NCBI GenBank assembly: GCA_030867685.1 | Contig: JAQOWU010000001.1 | Span: forward strand, 496,001 to 560,000 | Reading direction: 5' to 3' | Origin: Wickerhamiella versatilis | Taxonomy: Eukaryota | Length of the DNA stretch: 64,000 nucleotides | Shown: positions 1 to 9,669 of the stretch, piece after piece | Layout: every line of letters starts with the position of its first letter | Position numbering within the stretch: the first letter of the stretch is position 1 | Notes under the pieces: generated by a model | What the model was told of the DNA's origin: nothing | What the model saw: only the letters and a program-made list of their open reading frames with translations | Databases searched by the model: none | Made by a program: the position numbers and the translations under genes

Positions 1-198
1 GGACTATATATCACTTAGAAGCAACACATAGGAGGATTTGTACCACTCGAGTCGATGCCCGCTTCTAAGACTTTAAAGAAATACTGAATGGTATCTTTGT
101 AGTAATAGCATTAAGCAAAGAGCTTCTTGTCTAATAGTATTTCCGGCATATTCCCCTCGCCTTCATACTGTTACGTGGAGACTGTCTTACCAAGCAAA

Positions 199-2814
199 AT
201 GCAGCTGCTGCTGTGGCTTTTGTACTTGGTACAATGTTTCGCGCCTGTTCTATCCGTGAAGCATTGGATGTTTCGTAAATGTGAGCAGAATCCATTCTGT
301 CAGAGAGCTCGAGATCTCGCATCTCACAGTGGAAGTGAATACACTGTTAGTGAGGTAAAGCCTGGAGACAATGAAATTACTGGGTTCCTTGGCACTCCTG
401 GTGATAAGAGTTTACCATTTTCACTACAGGTGGTTTCTGATGGTGCACTACGCTTCCTTGTAGATGAGCCTGATCGCATTGTAGGCCCGGACTACCTTTC
501 AAATGCACGTTTCGACCCTGATGTGTTCATGCTTGACATGTCGAATAAGAGACGAATTCCGGAAGCAAAAATTGATGTGAAAAAAGATAAAGCTTCTATT
601 CATTTCGATGATGTTGAGGCAACCTTGTTCTTGTCACCCCTTAAGCTTGTTGTCGAGCGCGCTGGAGAACCGTTGGTGGTGCTCAATGAACATAAATTAC
701 TTCATATGGAGACGCTCAGGCAGAAATCTGATTCAGATGAACCTACGATGTGGGAAGATAGCTTTGATGGTCATACCGATAAGAAAATTCGAGGACCTGA
801 GTCTGTCACCGCTGATTTCACGTTTCCAGGAGCTCGTCATGTATACGGAATACCAGAGCACTCTGACTCTCTGTCTCTGAAAGATACAAGAAAAGAGCAC
901 ACAGATCCATATAGGATGTTCAACGTTGATATTTTCGAGTATGAAACAGAAAGTGAGATGCCTATGTACGGTTCTATTCCATTCATGTTGGGTTTACGGC
1001 CCGATGCATGTGCCGGTATTCTATGGCTAAACTCAGCAGATACATATGTTGATATTACCAAGGAAAAGGATTCGACTTGGACCCACTGGATCTCTGAAAC
1101 AGGAAAACTGGATGCATTCATATTTGTTGGAAAAACCCCCACTGATGTCGTTTCGAAGTATTCTGAGGTTGTAGGAACTAATGCATTGCCTCAGTTATGG
1201 GCAATTGCTTATCATCAGTGCAGATGGAACTATAATTCGGAAACTGATGTTTTGAATGTCAACAAGCAGTTTGATGATCATCTAATCCCATACGATGTCA
1301 TATGGCTGGATATCGAATATACTGGCCAGCGTAAATACTTCACGTGGAACGAGCATACTTTCCCGAATCCAGAAAAAATGCTGTTTGAACTAGATGAGAC
1401 CAAACGCAAACTAGTTCCACTTATTGATCCACATATCAAGGTTGCGTCAGACTACGATATTTACAATGACGTTAAAAAAGTTGCAGTTCAAAATGCGGAG
1501 GCATCAAAGCCGTTTGAAGGCCATTGTTGGCCTGGCAATTCTATTTGGATTGACACGATGAACCCAGAATGTTATAAGTATTGGAATAAATTCCACGCAA
1601 TGGGTGCTTTCGGCGGAAATGCGCCAAACCTTGGTATATGGAACGATATGAGCGAACCATCTGTCTTCAGTGGGTCGGAAACAACTGCTTATAAGGATCT
1701 TGTCCATTATGGCGGCTGGCAGCATCGCGATGTACACAATCTGTTTGGTCAAACTTTCACTAATGCAACTTTTGAAGCCCTTTTGCAGAGATATGACCAC
1801 AAGCAAAGACCATTTATTCTCACAAGGAGCTTTTTCGCAGGAAGTCAGCGCCTCGCTGCTACGTGGACTGGAGATAACCAGGCTGAATGGGAGTATCTTA
1901 GAGCAGCGACACCCACTATTCTTACTTTGGGAGTTGCTGGTATGCCTTTCTCTGGAGCGGATGTCGGTGGGTTTTTCCGCGATCCTGAGCCTGAGCTTCT
2001 AACTAGATGGTACCAGAGTGGTCTATTTTATCCCTTCTTCCGCGCTCACGCGCATGAAGATTCTAGGCGACGTGAGCCCTATCTGCTTGCACCACCATAC
2101 AATACTACCATTGCTGCTGCGATTGAACTTAGATACCAGCTTCTTCCACAGTTTTACACCGCTTTCTGGGAGTCTTCAATCAACCTTTCACCTGTCATGC
2201 GTCCAGTATGGTGGGAATACCCATCCGAAGAAGACTGGTACGATGTCGAGGACTCTTTTTTCATAGGTTCAAGTCTCTATGCCCACCCAGTCACCTCAAA
2301 GGACTCTGAGATAAACTTGAAACTCCCCCCTGGAGCTTGGTATGATTACTTTAGTGGTGCTAAGCCAAGCGAGGGTAAGCGTCATGTCGCTCTTGATGAA
2401 ATTCCACTATTTGTTCGTGGTGGATCTATAGTATTCAGACGGGATAGAATTCGCCGGTCTAGTGAGCTGACAATGAGAGATCCATACACCCTACTAGTAG
2501 CACTCAACGATGATGGAAGAGCTGAAGGGACTCTTTATGTTGATGATGGTATATCTTATGCATACGAGGAGGGCCGATATCTGATCACGGACGTCACATT
2601 CGCTGATGGCATTCTGCGCGGAACTCCTCGCCACTCGACTAAGGATCCGTTTGCAAGTGTACCCATTGAAAGAGTCATATTTTATGGTTTGGACAAACCT
2701 GAAAGCGCATCTACTTCAGGAAAGCCGCTTCAAGTTATTTCTCAGGACGATGGTTTTATTGTGCGTAACCCCCGGGTTAAGATAGGCGAAGCATGGGAAA
2801 TCAAATTTGACTAG
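199..2814 (+). CDS. ROT2: ER glucosidase II alpha subunit (GH31)
   Basis: GH31 motifs WLDIEY, WNDMSEPSVF and WTGDN. The start is moved from TTG127 to ATG199, which gives a signal peptide (MQLLLWLLYLVQCFAPVLS). Confidence 0.93.
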   Translation: MQLLLWLLYLVQCFAPVLSVKHWMFRKCEQNPFCQRARDLASHSGSEYTVSEVKPGDNEITGFLGTPGDKSLPFSLQVVSDGALRFLVDEPDRIVGPDYLSNARFDPDVFMLDMSNKRRIPEAKIDVKKDKASIHFDDVEATLFLSPLKLVVERAGEPLVVLNEHKLLHMETLRQKSDSDEPTMWEDSFDGHTDKKIRGPESVTADFTFPGARHVYGIPEHSDSLSLKDTRKEHTDPYRMFNVDIFEYETESEMPMYGSIPFMLGLRPDACAGILWLNSADTYVDITKEKDSTWTHWISETGKLDAFIFVGKTPTDVVSKYSEVVGTNALPQLWAIAYHQCRWNYNSETDVLNVNKQFDDHLIPYDVIWLDIEYTGQRKYFTWNEHTFPNPEKMLFELDETKRKLVPLIDPHIKVASDYDIYNDVKKVAVQNAEASKPFEGHCWPGNSIWIDTMNPECYKYWNKFHAMGAFGGNAPNLGIWNDMSEPSVFSGSETTAYKDLVHYGGWQHRDVHNLFGQTFTNATFEALLQRYDHKQRPFILTRSFFAGSQRLAATWTGDNQAEWEYLRAATPTILTLGVAGMPFSGADVGGFFRDPEPELLTRWYQSGLFYPFFRAHAHEDSRRREPYLLAPPYNTTIAAAIELRYQLLPQFYTAFWESSINLSPVMRPVWWEYPSEEDWYDVEDSFFIGSSLYAHPVTSKDSEINLKLPPGAWYDYFSGAKPSEGKRHVALDEIPLFVRGGSIVFRRDRIRRSSELTMRDPYTLLVALNDDGRAEGTLYVDDGISYAYEEGRYLITDVTFADGILRGTPRHSTKDPFASVPIERVIFYGLDKPESASTSGKPLQVISQDDGFIVRNPRVKIGEAWEIKFD

Positions 2815-2958
2815 AAAGTGATCTAAATTGGGATATAATCCTATCAAAAATATAAAACTAAAGGTATTAGGCATATTTGCAGGCTAGACCACATCACTGA
2901 TATCAAGAAACATTCCAAGTATCGCATGGGAGGGTAAGGTTTAGTTCAGGCGTAAGCT

Positions 2959-4017
2959 ATGAGCCAGGATGAACAAATTGAATCGTTCTGCAGAGGCATT
3001 CCAAAAATTGAACTGCACTGCCATTTATATGGAACTATTCGAAAATCTACATTTGAAGAACTAAACAAGGAGGCGGGTTGTCCTCTTTCATCCACTGAAA
3101 TCGATGAATTTTATACGCGTGGATCCAAGCCAGTAGGGGTACTTAGAATATTTCGGGCACTAGATTCCGACCTAATTCGGAAGCCTGAACATTTGGAAAG
3201 GATAACTGGTGAATATCTGGAAGACATAGCGCAGCATAATGTGCAATACTCTGAATTCTTTTGGAACCCCACAGGCACCGTTCGCATTTCACGGATCCCT
3301 TTTGTTGAGGCTCAACGTGCCATATTATCAGCTATGGAAAAGTCAACCGTTGATTCGAGGCTTATAATGTCCATAGATAGAGAGCAAAGTGCTGAGGAGG
3401 CGGTTGATATGGTCAGATGGATGATCCAACACCGATCAGAAAACGTGATTGGAATCGGTATTGACTATCGGGAGGAGCTGGGACCACCTGAAAAATTTGA
3501 GAAGGCATATCGTCTCGCTAAAGAGGCCGGGTTTCGAGCAACTGCACATGCAGGTGAATTCGGTTGTTCCCCGAAGAACATTAGAGCTGCTATAGATTTA
3601 TTGGCGGTCGATAGAGTGGACCACGGTTACACAGTGATCGAGGATCAAGAGTTGACTGAGAGCTGTATTCGGGATAATATTATATTTTGTGTCGTACCTA
3701 CGAATTCATACTATTTACGTACTTTGCCCCCGGAGGAATGGTCCCGAAAGCATCCTATAAGAGAGATGGTACGACTAGGTATACGGCTATTCCCCAATAC
3801 TGATGATCCCGCTTTTCACCATGTCACACCTACTGGTGCCTGGGCTATGATGGTTAAGTACTTTAATTGTGGAGTAAACGACCTCCGTCATTTTGTTATT
3901 AATAGTATAGATGCTTCCTGGCTTCCTGAATCTCGCAAAGAGCAATTACGGAAGGAATGGCCAGTTTATTTCGACAATACAGGCTTATCCTGTTTAGAAT
4001 CTTCTATAAGAGGTTAG
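2959..4017 (+). CDS. Adenosine/adenine deaminase family amidohydrolase, bacterial-like
   Basis: Metal-binding and catalytic motifs PKIELHCHL, AHAGE, RVDHG and NTDDP are all intact. Confidence 0.9.
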   Translation: MSQDEQIESFCRGIPKIELHCHLYGTIRKSTFEELNKEAGCPLSSTEIDEFYTRGSKPVGVLRIFRALDSDLIRKPEHLERITGEYLEDIAQHNVQYSEFFWNPTGTVRISRIPFVEAQRAILSAMEKSTVDSRLIMSIDREQSAEEAVDMVRWMIQHRSENVIGIGIDYREELGPPEKFEKAYRLAKEAGFRATAHAGEFGCSPKNIRAAIDLLAVDRVDHGYTVIEDQELTESCIRDNIIFCVVPTNSYYLRTLPPEEWSRKHPIREMVRLGIRLFPNTDDPAFHHVTPTGAWAMMVKYFNCGVNDLRHFVINSIDASWLPESRKEQLRKEWPVYFDNTGLSCLESSIRG

Positions 4018-4042
4018 GTTTCTGTTATCAGTGAAAGAAAAA

Positions 4043-5467
4043 ATGAACTTAGATTTTGGATCAGACATGGCGAAATTTGATGGAACTGTTACTTCGCTTG
4101 AGGAAGAGGAGGAAGCGGAGATTGATATGCGTCGCCTTACCAGGAAGGTAGACATCCGTATATTACCTCTACTTCTTTTAACCTACAGTCTACAATTCAT
4201 GGACAAGCTAGCCCTCTCAAACGCTTCGGTATACGGTATAAGAGATTCAAACAACATAGATGATTCACAGTATTCATGGGTGTCATCAATTTTCTATTTC
4301 GGATTTCTTGCTGGTCAGTTTCCGCTGGTAGAGCTGGCTAAAAAATATCCATTGGGTAAAATTGCTGGCCTTTCTGTGATGGTCTGGGGTGCTATATTAG
4401 CTTGCACCGCTGCATCTCATTCCTATGGCGCTTTACTTGCTTGCAGATTTCTATTGGGTTTATTTGAATCGGCTATATCGCCGACGTTTGTGCTCTTGAC
4501 CTCAAGGTGGTATACCCCTTCACAGCAGCCACTGCGAATAAGTTTTTGGTTTGCAGGAAATGATCTTGGTGGTATCGTAAGTGGGTTCATTGCGTTTGGA
4601 ATTGGTCACATCACGGGCTCGCTTTACCCATGGCAATACCTCTTCATCATATATGGTTGTGCCACTTTTGTGCTGGGGATTGTTCTTTTCTTTTTCCTGG
4701 CAGATGATCCATCTAGTGCTAAATTCTTGACTGACAATGAACGGTCATGGTATGCCCAAAAAAATCAAGTCTCAGCCAGGGAGCCATTCAATTGGTACCA
4801 GGCATTAGAGGCATTAATAGACCCTCAGTTATTGCTTTATATCTCTCTAACTGTGCTCAATATTCTTCCAAATGGCGGAGTGGTATCATACGGGTTAATT
4901 CTCGTCAAGTCGTTTGGTTTTTCCTCCATTGAAACCACTGCTTTACAGGTGCCAGGCTCTGCCATCACATGGATAGCTATATTATTATTCGGCTTGCTGT
5001 CTTCCAAAATTCCTAATTTCCGTTGTTATGCTCTAGCTCTTACTGTCCTTCTTCCAATTGTTGGGGCTAGTGTCCTCTACAGGTTACCGGAGTCACCCAG
5101 GGGAGTCAGACTAATGGCATATTATTTTCTCCTAGTACAGCCGGCGACATTCCCTCTTCTTCTGGCTATGATAACTTCCAATATTAAAGGGGCCACAAAG
5201 AAGCCAACATCAACTGCAATTATTTTTATTTGGTACTGCGCTTCTAATATAGCGGCACCTCAGCTATTTCGCGAAGCTGAAAAACCAGCATATCCTACGG
5301 CAATGAGAGCATGGATCGTATGCTTTGCCTTGACGGTTCTACTTTCAATGATACTACGCGCTTACTTGGGCTGGCAAAATAATCGTCGAAAAAAATCGCC
5401 AGCCGAAAATGTTTCGGAACCAGAAAAATCAGATCTCAAGGATTTTTCATTAATTTATCTGTATTAG
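4043..5467 (+). CDS. MFS anion:cation symporter (allantoate permease/DAL5-like family)
   Basis: LTRKVDIRILP, LQFMDK, QYSWVSSIFYFG and about 12 hydrophobic segments. First ATG is 4043 (the ORF track starts at GTG4031). Confidence 0.9.
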   Translation: MNLDFGSDMAKFDGTVTSLEEEEEAEIDMRRLTRKVDIRILPLLLLTYSLQFMDKLALSNASVYGIRDSNNIDDSQYSWVSSIFYFGFLAGQFPLVELAKKYPLGKIAGLSVMVWGAILACTAASHSYGALLACRFLLGLFESAISPTFVLLTSRWYTPSQQPLRISFWFAGNDLGGIVSGFIAFGIGHITGSLYPWQYLFIIYGCATFVLGIVLFFFLADDPSSAKFLTDNERSWYAQKNQVSAREPFNWYQALEALIDPQLLLYISLTVLNILPNGGVVSYGLILVKSFGFSSIETTALQVPGSAITWIAILLFGLLSSKIPNFRCYALALTVLLPIVGASVLYRLPESPRGVRLMAYYFLLVQPATFPLLLAMITSNIKGATKKPTSTAIIFIWYCASNIAAPQLFREAEKPAYPTAMRAWIVCFALTVLLSMILRAYLGWQNNRRKKSPAENVSEPEKSDLKDFSLIYLY

Positions 5468-5530
5468 GCACGCATTGATAGGCATAAAGTGGACCTCGGG
5501 TTAGGTTATAGGGGCCTCAGGTAGTACTTC

Positions 5531-6748
5531 ATGGATCTAATAGCGTCATCTGATTGGCGACGAAAGATAGTGAGGCGCTTTGGCCCTCACTGGATGGATC
5601 CACAACGTGTTTCTAAAAGCTACGATCATTTATATTTAAGCGCTGAAGTGGTTGGTCGTGATGATGTGGCTGACGCGCTTCGACAACGTCTAACTCCAGA
5701 ATTATTCCAGCAAGAGGCTCCACTATTAGAGACCCTACGACTACTGGCGGGTGACTGGTTAGAAGCACCTCTTCCTGTTTTTGTAGAGTCTGTCCCGGAT
5801 ACCCCTACATGGGCAGAGTTAATGCAGGGACTTAGTGATCGATCACTGGATTTCAGCCCTTCTTCATCAATGCATTCAAGTAATTCCTCTTCTGTTAGTG
5901 ATACTAGTGAAAATTCGTCCTTTGGTGAAGCACTACAGGATCAAGAGGTTTGTATTAAGGCACCAACATATATGGCACCTGCTATACCTAGTGAGCTAAG
6001 CCCGAGGCAAGTAATTGATGAGGCTAGGCTTGTCATGGCTGGCTTCCCTTCCGTTTTGGAATCAGTTCGCAAGATTCATGGTTTGTCAAGCCTCTGCAGT
6101 CAGGCTTATATTAAAGAACTATTAACTCAAAGAAAGCCGTTCAATGAGGCCCATACGCTTCTCCAGTGTTTAGCACAATGGCGCCTTCGATCAGAAAAAG
6201 GTGGTAATAAAGAAGTTGATGTCATCCAGGCAGACAATTCGGATATATCTAGTCCTCCCAATGACATTCACGAAGTACAGGTGAAATCGTGGCAATATCA
6301 TATCGAAAGCTTGCATAATAAAGTAAGAATTTTGCGACCGATCTTAGCCAGAGACTGGTCTATACTTGCAGGAATTTTTCTTGGACAGGATCCAAGAATG
6401 CTTGATTACATGTGGAGATGTCGGCATTTATTAACTCAACAGCACCGAATACCTGCTGCGGCTGAACTTTCTGTCAGTTGGCCCCACGCACCTTTTTACC
6501 TCGATAATGAGTGTATTCCAGTGGCAACCTCCTTGGCACCAGAAACATGGAATCATGTGTCAAGGTCTCATCTAAGGGATTCGTGGAAACGGATTCTGAA
6601 TGCTATTGCAGGACCACCAAGCCTAGAATCTGCTATCCTCCAGTGTGAAATGCATAAAATATCTACAGAAGTTGAAAATTTTATCAACAGCAGTTTGTCG
6701 CTGCAAATTGTCTTCCCGCTCACAAGCAAATCTGACAGTGTTATCTAG
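5531..6748 (+). CDS. Hypothetical protein; N-terminal part resembles fungal gamma-tubulin complex component GCP5
   Basis: 405-aa ORF from an ATG. Segments GRDDVADALRQRL, PTWAEL and RQVIDEARLVMAGFPS recall GCP5 N-terminal blocks. Confidence 0.5.
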   Translation: MDLIASSDWRRKIVRRFGPHWMDPQRVSKSYDHLYLSAEVVGRDDVADALRQRLTPELFQQEAPLLETLRLLAGDWLEAPLPVFVESVPDTPTWAELMQGLSDRSLDFSPSSSMHSSNSSSVSDTSENSSFGEALQDQEVCIKAPTYMAPAIPSELSPRQVIDEARLVMAGFPSVLESVRKIHGLSSLCSQAYIKELLTQRKPFNEAHTLLQCLAQWRLRSEKGGNKEVDVIQADNSDISSPPNDIHEVQVKSWQYHIESLHNKVRILRPILARDWSILAGIFLGQDPRMLDYMWRCRHLLTQQHRIPAAAELSVSWPHAPFYLDNECIPVATSLAPETWNHVSRSHLRDSWKRILNAIAGPPSLESAILQCEMHKISTEVENFINSSLSLQIVFPLTSKSDSVI

Positions 6749-6799
6749 CAACGGTATCTTGCTTATTAATCAATTTTGGGTTTTGAGACGTATACCTCA

Positions 6800-7909
6800 A
6801 TGTCTGAGAAAGATCCAACATTCTTTGATATTCTCACAGGCTTGTATGTCAATGCTGTCGACAAAAAGGTTCCGAAGATTCGGAAACAGGTCGTACGGGC
6901 AAAACGGAAGCTGGACCCACAAGGAGAAAGATTCTGGCAGCAGATGACTCGCGTGGATAGAATGTTCAGGGAGAATCATGTAGTCAGTCGTACAAACAAG
7001 ATTTGGTTTGCCGTATCTATCCTCAATATTTTTTGGTTTGGAATTCTGATAGGCAGTCTACCAGACTGGGTTCATGTCGTATACACAGTTGAGGTTGCCT
7101 TTCTCTTGCCTATTCGTTTTATCACGTACAAACTACGCGGTATGCAATATTACCTGGCAGATATCTGCTACTACGTTAATTTTTTGACGTTCTTATACAT
7201 TTGGGTCTGGCCGGAGTCGAAAGTCTTGTGGATATCAATATACGCATTCAGTTTTGGCACCCTCTGTATGGCGGTGATTGTTTGGCGAAACTCGCTGGTA
7301 CTTCATTCCATCGATAAGACAACGAGTGCATTTATTCATCTCCTCCCCCCTACAACATTACATACCATCAACTTCCGAATCCCGGCACAATTCAAAGCAG
7401 AGCGTTTTCCTGCGGCCCTCAAGGTTGAAACATGGGCAACGTTGCGCGCTCTACTAATAACAACCGCATTTTATTGGGTATGGCAGGTTTCATATCAGTA
7501 TTTTATCACTTTTCGCAAGAAGGATAAGATCGCAAACGGAAGAGTCACAAGTTTTGAGTTTATGCGCAGGAAGTACGCCAAGACAGCAATTGGAAAATTT
7601 GTAAACTCACTACCTGGTGTTCTACCTCATATTGCATTTGCTGGGATTCAGTTCGGATTTCAGCTTGTTACTATGATCCCATGCCCGCTACTCTACAAGC
7701 ATGAAAGCCTCTCAACATGTTACCTTGTGTTCGTTCTATCAGTTGCTTCATATAATGGTGCAACTTACTATATAGATGTCTTTGGCGAGCGATTTCATAA
7801 GGAATTGAAAGCACTCCAAGAGGAGCTGGATGAAAGTGACGATGATCAATCATCGGAGGAATCTTCCTCAAAGTCCCATGAAGAGTATACACAAAAAAAG
7901 AATAAATAG
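6800..7909 (+). CDS. GPC1: Glycerophosphocholine acyltransferase (DUF2838), copy 1
   Basis: YYLADICYYVN, WRNSLVLHSIDKTTSAFIHLLPP, GRVTSF and YNGATYYIDVFG. First ATG is 6800. Confidence 0.85.
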   Translation: MSEKDPTFFDILTGLYVNAVDKKVPKIRKQVVRAKRKLDPQGERFWQQMTRVDRMFRENHVVSRTNKIWFAVSILNIFWFGILIGSLPDWVHVVYTVEVAFLLPIRFITYKLRGMQYYLADICYYVNFLTFLYIWVWPESKVLWISIYAFSFGTLCMAVIVWRNSLVLHSIDKTTSAFIHLLPPTTLHTINFRIPAQFKAERFPAALKVETWATLRALLITTAFYWVWQVSYQYFITFRKKDKIANGRVTSFEFMRRKYAKTAIGKFVNSLPGVLPHIAFAGIQFGFQLVTMIPCPLLYKHESLSTCYLVFVLSVASYNGATYYIDVFGERFHKELKALQEELDESDDDQSSEESSSKSHEEYTQKKNK

Positions 7910-8405
7910 AAGTGATAACTGGTTCAGACCCTGAATCACTCGGTACAAATGGGAAAGATTATCTATTCAAAACTTAGCATAGCTGATTTCACACATGAAT
8001 ACGACATTTAGTGAAATAAAAATATCTCTTGCTATTACTACTGATTCAAACTTGAAAGATTTAAATAATAATACATATTTCAAAGTGTGCCAGCACGACT
8101 TTATCAAATCAACTATGGTGTTTCCGCGTCGCGCGATTTCGAAAAAAAATGGTCAATCGTAGCAAATACAATATTGGCTTAATTTTAGGAATAAAATGCC
8201 CTAGCTCGCAATAATCTCACCCCAATTGGTTGATTGCTGACGCTGTAAACTAATCTCCCCCAAAAAGTGGTCCACGTGCTTCAGATGTTAGGGTAGACTC
8301 ATACCTTACGGATCGTGCTTGGTTGTCCTTCGCAAACAAATTTATTCAGCTCTCATACTGTGACTTCATCCTCATCTTTGAACCAAGCTTCTCATATTTT
8401 GTGAA

Positions 8406-9593
8406 ATGCTAATTGAGACTAGGGATAAGCCCACAGTAGTCGATCTAACGAAACTTTATGTGGATACGTTTGATGATCACGTTCCACGCTTGCGGAAGCA
8501 TGTTGATCAAATGCGGCACAAGTGGGGCCCTAGCAGACGGCGAATTGAGGACAAACTGAAGCAGCAGATTCAGAGGCTTGATAAGACATTCAATGAGGAG
8601 TCGGTTGCAAGTCGCGTCGATAAAATATGGTTTGCAGTTTCTGTTCTCAACATTTTTTGGTTTGGAGTGTTTATAGGCAGTATGCCACAATGGGTCCACG
8701 TAATTTATACAGTCCAACTCGCTATCTTGCTTCCGATTCGGTTCTATACCTTTTTCTGCAAAGACTGGCAATATTACCTTGCGGATTTGTGCTACTTTGT
8801 GAACTTGATCACTATGCTATACATATGGGTTTGGCCTCAATCCAGCTTTTTGTGGATTTCATCTTACGCTTTCAGCTTCGGTACGCTATGTTTGGCTGTT
8901 GTTCTGTGGCGAAACTCATTTGTACTTCATTCCGTTGAGAAGACCACTAGCACCGTCATACATGTACTCCCGCCCGTGATTCTTCACACTATTAACTTTC
9001 GGATTCCAAATGAACTGAAGCGCAGTCGGTTTCCGGGTGCCTTATCCGTTGGTACGTGGACAGGCTTACGCTCTGTCATGATAACTACGGTCACTTATTT
9101 ACTATGGCAATTATTTTACCATTACTTTATCACTATTCGGTGTCGAGAACACATCGCTCGTGGTCGAGTAACGAGCTTTGAGTTCCTAAGGCGAAAGTAT
9201 GCGAAGGCTTGGGTGGGAAAATTTGTAAATTCGCTTCCCGGGCATTTCCCGCATGTAGCCTATGCACTTATTCAATTTGGACTACAGCTTTTAACCATGG
9301 TCCCGATTCCCTTATTCTACCATTATGAATGGCTGTCAACAGCCTATCTCATCGCTATCTTCTCTGTCGCATCTTATAACGGTGCTAGCTACTACGTAGA
9401 CGTCTTTGGGAAGCGTTTCCACAAAGAGCTTGTGAAATTGCAGAAAGAATTAGAGAATGATCAATACCACAAGTCTTCCGTCTTGCGTGAGGCCTCTTCC
9501 AAAAACAATATCCTCGCTTCAGAAAAAGTCAAGATGCCATTTTCTACAAGTGATCCTTTTGAGTGTAAGAGTGCTCCTGTGTTAGCCTATTAG
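8406..9593 (+). CDS. GPC1: Glycerophosphocholine acyltransferase (DUF2838), copy 2
   Basis: Same motifs as the upstream paralogue (YYLADLCYFVN, WRNSFVLHSVEKTTS, YNGASYYVDVFG). Confidence 0.85.
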   Translation: MLIETRDKPTVVDLTKLYVDTFDDHVPRLRKHVDQMRHKWGPSRRRIEDKLKQQIQRLDKTFNEESVASRVDKIWFAVSVLNIFWFGVFIGSMPQWVHVIYTVQLAILLPIRFYTFFCKDWQYYLADLCYFVNLITMLYIWVWPQSSFLWISSYAFSFGTLCLAVVLWRNSFVLHSVEKTTSTVIHVLPPVILHTINFRIPNELKRSRFPGALSVGTWTGLRSVMITTVTYLLWQLFYHYFITIRCREHIARGRVTSFEFLRRKYAKAWVGKFVNSLPGHFPHVAYALIQFGLQLLTMVPIPLFYHYEWLSTAYLIAIFSVASYNGASYYVDVFGKRFHKELVKLQKELENDQYHKSSVLREASSKNNILASEKVKMPFSTSDPFECKSAPVLAY

Positions 9594-9669
9594 GATGACA
9601 ATATTTAAGATTATTTTATATATCAAGTTATATATTACCACTTACATATATATTCAATATAGTACATTT

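Noticed and set aside
127-198. Upstream N-terminal extensions in the ORF track from TTG/GTG or distal ATG starts (ROT2, SLD1, PAC1, RPL25, HSL7, RPS19, PHB2)
   Set aside because: This is a eukaryotic genome, and downstream ATGs match the expected N-termini, so starts were reassigned.
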